From positions 1 to 64,000 of the forward strand of contig NIVC01000793.1 of assembly GCA_002269645.1 (NCBI GenBank): a stretch of DNA of 64,000 bases, in the 5' to 3' direction. The notes below the pieces were generated by a model. That model was given only the letters and a program-made list of their open reading frames with translations, was not told where the DNA came from and did no database searches. This stretch comes from Macrostomum lignano (lineage: Eukaryota). The stretch's first letter is position 1. Every line of letters starts with the position of its first letter. A program made the position numbers and the translations under genes. Shown in pieces: positions 58,601-64,000 of the stretch.

Positions 58601-59341
58601 ATGCTCTCGGGCCTGCAAACCTCGGAGAGGTGATTGAGCCTGGCCTTGCTGAAAAACGGCTGAGCGGCAGACGAGACACCGCTCAAGCCATGGAAGAAAC
58701 GGTGGCGGATGGAGGGCCGTGCTGACTACTTTGAGGTACCTCTGGTTCAGCCTAAGGAGGGCTCTGCGCAGGAGGGGATGACAAGAGGCAGCATTTTTTT
58801 CATTGATTTGTACACCATTCGTGCGATTTTAGGACTCGATTGATGGGAGGACACTCTTTCAGTTAGTTAATTGCCTGCCGCAAGGGGCTCTGGCACTGCC
58901 GAAAATCAAGAGGCGACAGCCGACCGGTTTCAGAGTCTCACCGAGCAGAGCCGCTACCTGCGGCTGCGCCTGGACGAGACGGAGCAGCGAAGTCGCCAAC
59001 TGGCCGCGGCGGTGGCTGCGCTGACTCGACTGGTGAACCTGGAGCAGGCCGGTTGCGACCCCGAAGACCTGAGCTGCTCATCCAGCCTGAACTGCAGTGT
59101 GGAGCTCAACGTCGGAGGGGACGCTATCAATGACTGCGGAGATGATCGCGAATGTGTGGCAGCAGCTCCAGCTCGAGACGATGACGGCTATTCGTCTCTG
59201 GCACCCACAGCGATGGCTGCCGCTGCAGCGGCTGCCGCGGAGGCTTCAGCCGGTCTGGCAACCCGCTTCGAGCCGGTGTCGATGGACGATTTTTACATAG
59301 ACGATGACTTTGAGGTGCAGCGAGTTCTTGCTGGGAGATGA
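55640..59341 (+). CDS. Putative exons of a coiled-coil protein (about 55640-55725, 56890-57105, 58100-58312, 58900-59341)
   Basis: Heptad-like segments (EVVLDQAVCRIEVLERD; KIESQLKSWEVEYRSL; RRLAALELDSRRLRRDL; RLRLDETEQRSRQLAAAV), some with plausible splice sites. Gene model not resolved. Confidence 0.4.
56200..56850. repeat. 35-bp degenerate tandem repeat (ATATCTAATCTCACAGATTCCAGATCCCATCTCCG)
   Basis: Clean copies at 56581-56765, degenerate on both sides. Confidence 0.85.
57670..57900. repeat. GA-rich low-complexity tract
   Basis: GAGAG/GAGGA words; the plus strand is almost all purines. Confidence 0.85.
58480..58790 (-). mobile_element. 3' fragment of a LINE related to the LOA-like element at 24.4-28.6 kb
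   Basis: Recognisable similarity to about 24545-24900 (GTGTCCCTGAGGTACCGG, ATGCTCTCGGGCCTGCAAAC). Confidence 0.8.
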
Positions 59342-59450
59342 CACAGTGGGAGATGACACAGTGGGAGATGACACAGTGGGAGATGACACAGTGGGAGATG
59401 ACACAGTGGGAGATGACACATTGGGAGATGACACAGTGGGAGATGACACA
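59330..59450. repeat. 15-bp tandem repeat (TGGGAGATGACACAG), about 8 copies
   Basis: Directly visible. Confidence 0.95.
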
Positions 59451-61188
59451 TCATCTCCATGTATCGTATGGATCAAATGTATGTATCATATGGATCGTAC
59501 GTTTCCATGTGCATTTCAAAAAATGTTTAAACATAAAAAATATTTGATAATAATCTATTCAAGATTACGTTCACTAACTTCAAACTTCAATGTTTCCTGC
59601 TTAAAAATATTTCTTCACACAGTACTCTAGAAATGAAAAAATAAGACATACAAACTAGATTTAAGACTTAGACAACAAAGTTACTTTGCTATTCAACAAA
59701 AACTGTGTCTGGCTCAATTACGAATGGCATTGAAGAATTGCGAGCTTATAGGTCAAAACGGGCATGCTGTCGTGAAAATTGCATAGCAATCTGTGCTATC
59801 CTAGAAAAAATAATGCTCTGAAACAAAGACAATCCTTGCATAATTAATACAAACTAATGCGAAAGCAATCAGTCAGGCGTGTAACGACAAAATAATAAAT
59901 TTCTCCCTTTGATAGCCTAGCATTGGTCGAGTCCCCCTGCTCCGTGATAACTCGCCGGCATACAATATCCGAACTGACTACTCGCGAGTAGTGAGTAAGC
60001 AGTCGGCAGAAGGTGAGACACCCAGTGTGCGCAGAATTCATGGTTTATAAAATTGAAATGGACCACAAGGGAAACAATACTCTAATTATTAAAAAATAGT
60101 GCTCAAAGCTTGCTCATGAGAGTTTAGTTGCAACTCTTTCGGTGCTGAAAGCAAAAAAAAAATTTGCGATCATAAAAGTGCAGGGAATTCCAAGTGAAGT
60201 GGCGCGTGCTTCATCAAGCTTTGCTCACAGGTAATATCTAGGCTTGCAATGCCATCCACGCAGGATTCTCTGTGAATTAAAGGGTGCAAAAGGTCAATTA
60301 TGAGTACCTTATTCTCCAATTTTTGCTCACATGCAATACAAAAGGTCAGTGTGTACATCACTATTCAGTCTGGTAAATGTACAATGGTCGCCCGCCTCAT
60401 TCCACTCTCATACAGCAACCCCACTCCGCATTCTGATTGGCTGTGGCTTGGCAGTTCTAGGCGTCAGTTTCAATCGGGGGCAGCGAGCTCTGCGCCACTT
60501 TGCCATTGGCCACAGTTGCTCCTCCCACGAAGCCGGAGTCGTTGCTCTCCGAGGCGGTCAAGTTGGTCGACTGCTGCCCATGCTCCTGATGCTGTTGCTT
60601 CTGATTCCCTTGATGTTGCTTCTGCTTCTGCAGTTGCCGCTTTGCAGGCGACTCCGTCTCAGTCCGAGCTTCGTTGTCGTCAATTTTCCAGTCCGGGTTG
60701 TCCGGTTTCGCTTCCGCGGTGGGGGGTGGCGGCTTCTTCAGACCGAGGGAGGCCAGGCTGGGGTGCAAAGCGAGCGAGGGGATCAAAATTATCCTGGCAA
60801 GAATCAGAATCAGAACCAGAATCAGAATCCTGGCAAGAATGCGAGTAATCTTCGCAGTGATATCAGCTTCTTCCGAGATCCCAATTTAACAAATTCCCGA
60901 ATCCCCTACCTCTCGCTCCCCCCACGCAGTCTCCCAGCTGCCTCTCTCGCCACTGCTAGGCTGAAACAATCGCGCATTGAAAGCCCGCATCTCACTCTGC
61001 TCTTTGAATGGAGCAGCTCGGAGTATCCCAGATAAGCCTGTAAGCCAAACAGTAAGCTGTCTGTCTTGCTCAAGCCCTCACAGCCATCCTAATGACCAAT
61101 TCAGCCTAAGCATCAAGGTGAAACCGAATTATTTTTCTGTCCAAATGAATCCCGACTTAGTAAATTGACTTGAAAGGCGGGCCGTAGC

Positions 61189-61250
61189 CCAGTGGTCCAG
61201 TGCGGCGCTCTGATGTGCCAGCGGCCCAGGCTCGATTCCAAAGTGCAGGC
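61189..61250 (+). mobile_element. tRNA-like head (different SINE or tRNA relic)
   Basis: TAGCCCAGTGG A box and GCTCGATTCC B-box-like motif. No clean cloverleaf. Confidence 0.35.
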
Positions 61251-62290
61251 GCTAAATTGGAATCTCGGCTTGGCTCTGCACGTGCAATTAACGACCTTGA
61301 GGGGACCAAGAGGACCAAGGCACAGTGAAGTGTACATGTCTAACGATAAATAAAGTTAGGGCCGCTGTACACTCCTGTGTGAGTGTGTGCCTGTGCGTAT
61401 GACTGCGTACGTATCCGCGCGCTTGTGTGCCTTGCTCAAGGGGATTAGAACCAATTTATGTATGGTCTTATCGAATTTTAATACATAGCTTAATGCTCTT
61501 CCATTCCTGCCTTATATTGGTTGATTATTTTAGAGCAGCTTTGACCCGCTTTGTAGGGAAGAGGATACTAAAGCTACTGAAGGGGAACAAGACTAAAAGG
61601 GATAAAAGAAGAGGCAGAGAGGGGAAGATCAAGGGAGCAGGGAGTCGGAGAATGTTAAATCTAATTAAATCCTCGCACATCAACACCCCAGCCAGCCCTG
61701 CTACAGCCGCGGCCCTGAATGTGCGAATCAACTCAAACCCCATCCCGGCTGCTCTCTGGCGTGATGTAAGCCGAGTCACGTCACCGTTTGTGCTCAATTA
61801 CCTGATTCACAGGCAGGTAAGGTAAGGCATTATAGCTGGGAAGGGATAGGCAGACAGACCTGCTTAGGTTTTGCAACCTAGACATTCGATAAAATTAGAA
61901 AGGCATGAGCAAGAAAAAGTAGGCTGTTTTTTAATTGGAAGCTGCAGCTCGAGCCTCATCAGTTGCGTCTCTCACTAAACTTTGCTACTGCAGTTTCCAG
62001 GGTTGATTTAAAATAATGCTTGTTTGGAGCCGAAAGAGTTCTCTCTGTACTATGCTTTTATTATCTCAAATTCATATTATTTTTGAAAACACTGAGTCTG
62101 CTTAAGTTAAAGAATGTTCATTAAAATATTAAAGTATATATAAGTTTTAGAAACTGCTTTTTACTGTTTGAAACTCCAATTATTACGAGCTATCATTCAT
62201 TTTATCAGCAGGACAAGAATTCAGTTAAAATGAAACTTGTCTCTGAGTACCGAATTTTTCTGACTCCTACTGACAAAATAAAGTGCCCGC

Positions 62291-63450
62291 TCAAGTGAAA
62301 TGGCACTCACTTAAGTTAAATGGCGCCTACTCATGTGAAATGGCGCCCACTCAAGTGAAATGGCGCCTACTCAAGTAAAATGGCACTCACTCAAGTAAAA
62401 TGGCACTCACTCAAGTGAAATGGCGCCTACTCAAGTAAAATGGCACTCACTCAAGTGAAATGGCGCCTACTCAAGTGAAATGGCACTCACTCAAGTGAAA
62501 TGGCACTCACTCAAGTGAAATGGCACTCACTCAAGTGAAATGGCGCCTACTCAAGTAAAATGGCACTCACTCAAGTGAAATGGCGCCTACTCAAGTGAAA
62601 TGGCGCCTACTCAAGTGAAATGGCACTCACTCAAGTAAAATGGCACTCACTCAAGTAAAATGGCACTCACTCAAGTGAAATGGCGCCTACTCAAGTGAAA
62701 TGGCACTCACTCAAGTGAAATGGCGCCTACTCAAGTGAAATGGCGCCTACTCAAGTAAAATGGCACTCACTCAAGTAAAATGGCACTTACTCAAGTGAAA
62801 TGGCGCCTACTCAAGTAAAATGGCACTCACTCAAGTGAAATGGCGCCTACTCAAGTGAAATGGCGCCTACTCAAGTGAAATGGCACTCACTCAAGTAAAA
62901 TGGCACTCACTCAAGTAAAATGGCACTCACTCAAGTGAAATGGCGCCTACTCAAGTGAAATGGCACTCACTCAAGTGAAATGGCGCCTACTCAAGTGAAA
63001 TGGCGCCTACTCAAGTAAAATGGCACTCACTCAAGTAAAATGGCACTCACTCAAGTGAAATGGCGCCTACTCAAGTAAAATGGCACTCACTCAAGTGAAA
63101 TGGTGCCTACTCAAGTGAAATGGCGCCTACTCAAGTGAAATGGCACTCACTCAAGTAAAATGGCACTCACTCAAGTAAAATGGCACTCACTCAAGTGAAA
63201 TGGCACTCACTCAAGTGAAATGGCACTCACTCAAGTGAAATGGCGCCCACTCAAGTGAAATGGCACTCACTCAAGTGAAATGGCGCCTACTCAAGTAAAA
63301 TGGCGCTCATTCAAGTGAAATGGCGCCTACTCAAGTAAAATGGCACTCACTCAAGTGAAATGGCGCCCAATAAAGTAAAATGGCACTCACTCAAGTAAAA
63401 TGGCACTCACTCAAGTGAAATGGCACTCACTCAAGTGAAATGGCGCCCAC
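62291..63450. repeat. 20-bp minisatellite (TCAAGT[G/A]AAATGGC[ACTC/GCCT]AC), about 58 copies
   Basis: Directly visible; abuts the cyclase exon donor side. Confidence 0.97.
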
Positions 63451-63482
63451 TTAAACAAAATGGCTCCGTTCTCGCCGCTCAC

Positions 63483-63734
63483 CCGTGATTATCGGTCCCT
63501 TCAACAATTTCAGGCGGTTCCGGCAGCGGCTTATTGAAGTTGTCCTTGCCAACCAGCCAGTACGACTTCACCATGCCGCGGCCCTTCAGTTCGACCTCGC
63601 CTCGCAGCTGCAGGTGATAGCCGCCCAGCTGGTCAAGGATGGCCTTAGTAAACGGGCTCACGTGGATACGGAAAGCCGCTCCGGTGGACTCCATGCGGCT
63701 TGCAGTGTTCACCGTGTCTCCGAAGAGGCAGTAC
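63483..63734 (-). CDS. Guanylyl cyclase catalytic-domain exon (receptor-type)
   Basis: [32 protein letters not shown]. Acceptor TTTCAG at 63735, donor GTGAGC at 63482. A possible last exon starts at 60960 (G|LAVAREAAGRLRGGSER*). Confidence 0.93.
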
Positions 63735-64000
63735 CTGAAAGACAAAAAGATTTCCATGCTTTGCAGAGCCTACAGATTAGATTGGGAACCGCTGGCAATC
63801 ATAATTAACACCAGTTATTCCTTTATTGCGTCTTTTCTGGAATTTTCTCAACTAAGTCTTCCAAAGGTGAAATGTGAGCTGTCCAATTCAATGGCTTTTT
63901 ATTAACTTGATTGGCTGTATTGTCTATGGCCGAGTGCAGTTCTGTGGCAGTGGCTTCTGTTGCGAGCTGTCCAATTCAATGGCTTTTTATTAACTTGATT

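Noticed and set aside
60300-61035. Low-complexity ORFs on both strands
   Set aside because: No domain evidence. The minus-strand Q/P-rich frame could be cyclase 3' sequence but cannot be supported.

Overview
Repeat-rich animal (invertebrate) genomic DNA with GT-AG introns. The style of genes and transposons suggests a flatworm such as Macrostomum, but that is inference only. There is no CRISPR array, rRNA or bacterial operon. Host genes: (1) a frameshift-riddled gene in which about 17 ankyrin repeats splice in frame to a cGAS-like/Mab-21 nucleotidyltransferase (136-4998); (2) an intronless prepro-peptide gene with the layout of a cationic antimicrobial peptide (11209-11445); (3) a stefin/cystatin with an in-frame TGA; (4) a DEG/ENaC channel; (5) probable coiled-coil exons; (6) a guanylyl cyclase exon. 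Pieces of a second ankyrin-cGLR copy are scattered from 5.4 to 29 kb between mobile elements. These are a full-length Ingi-like LINE with a 5' HDV-like ribozyme fold, a mariner interrupted by an Ngaro-type tyrosine-recombinase retrotransposon, a Crypton-like remnant and a LOA-like LINE. Next comes a PHIS-type DNA transposon whose inverted arms are arrays of 161-bp repeats and which carries a ubiquitin-specific-protease-like domain; an intact BEL/Pao element is nested in its left arm. Many minisatellites, two CORE-SINE copies and several transposon relics fill the rest. All family assignments come from motif recognition by eye, with no database searches.
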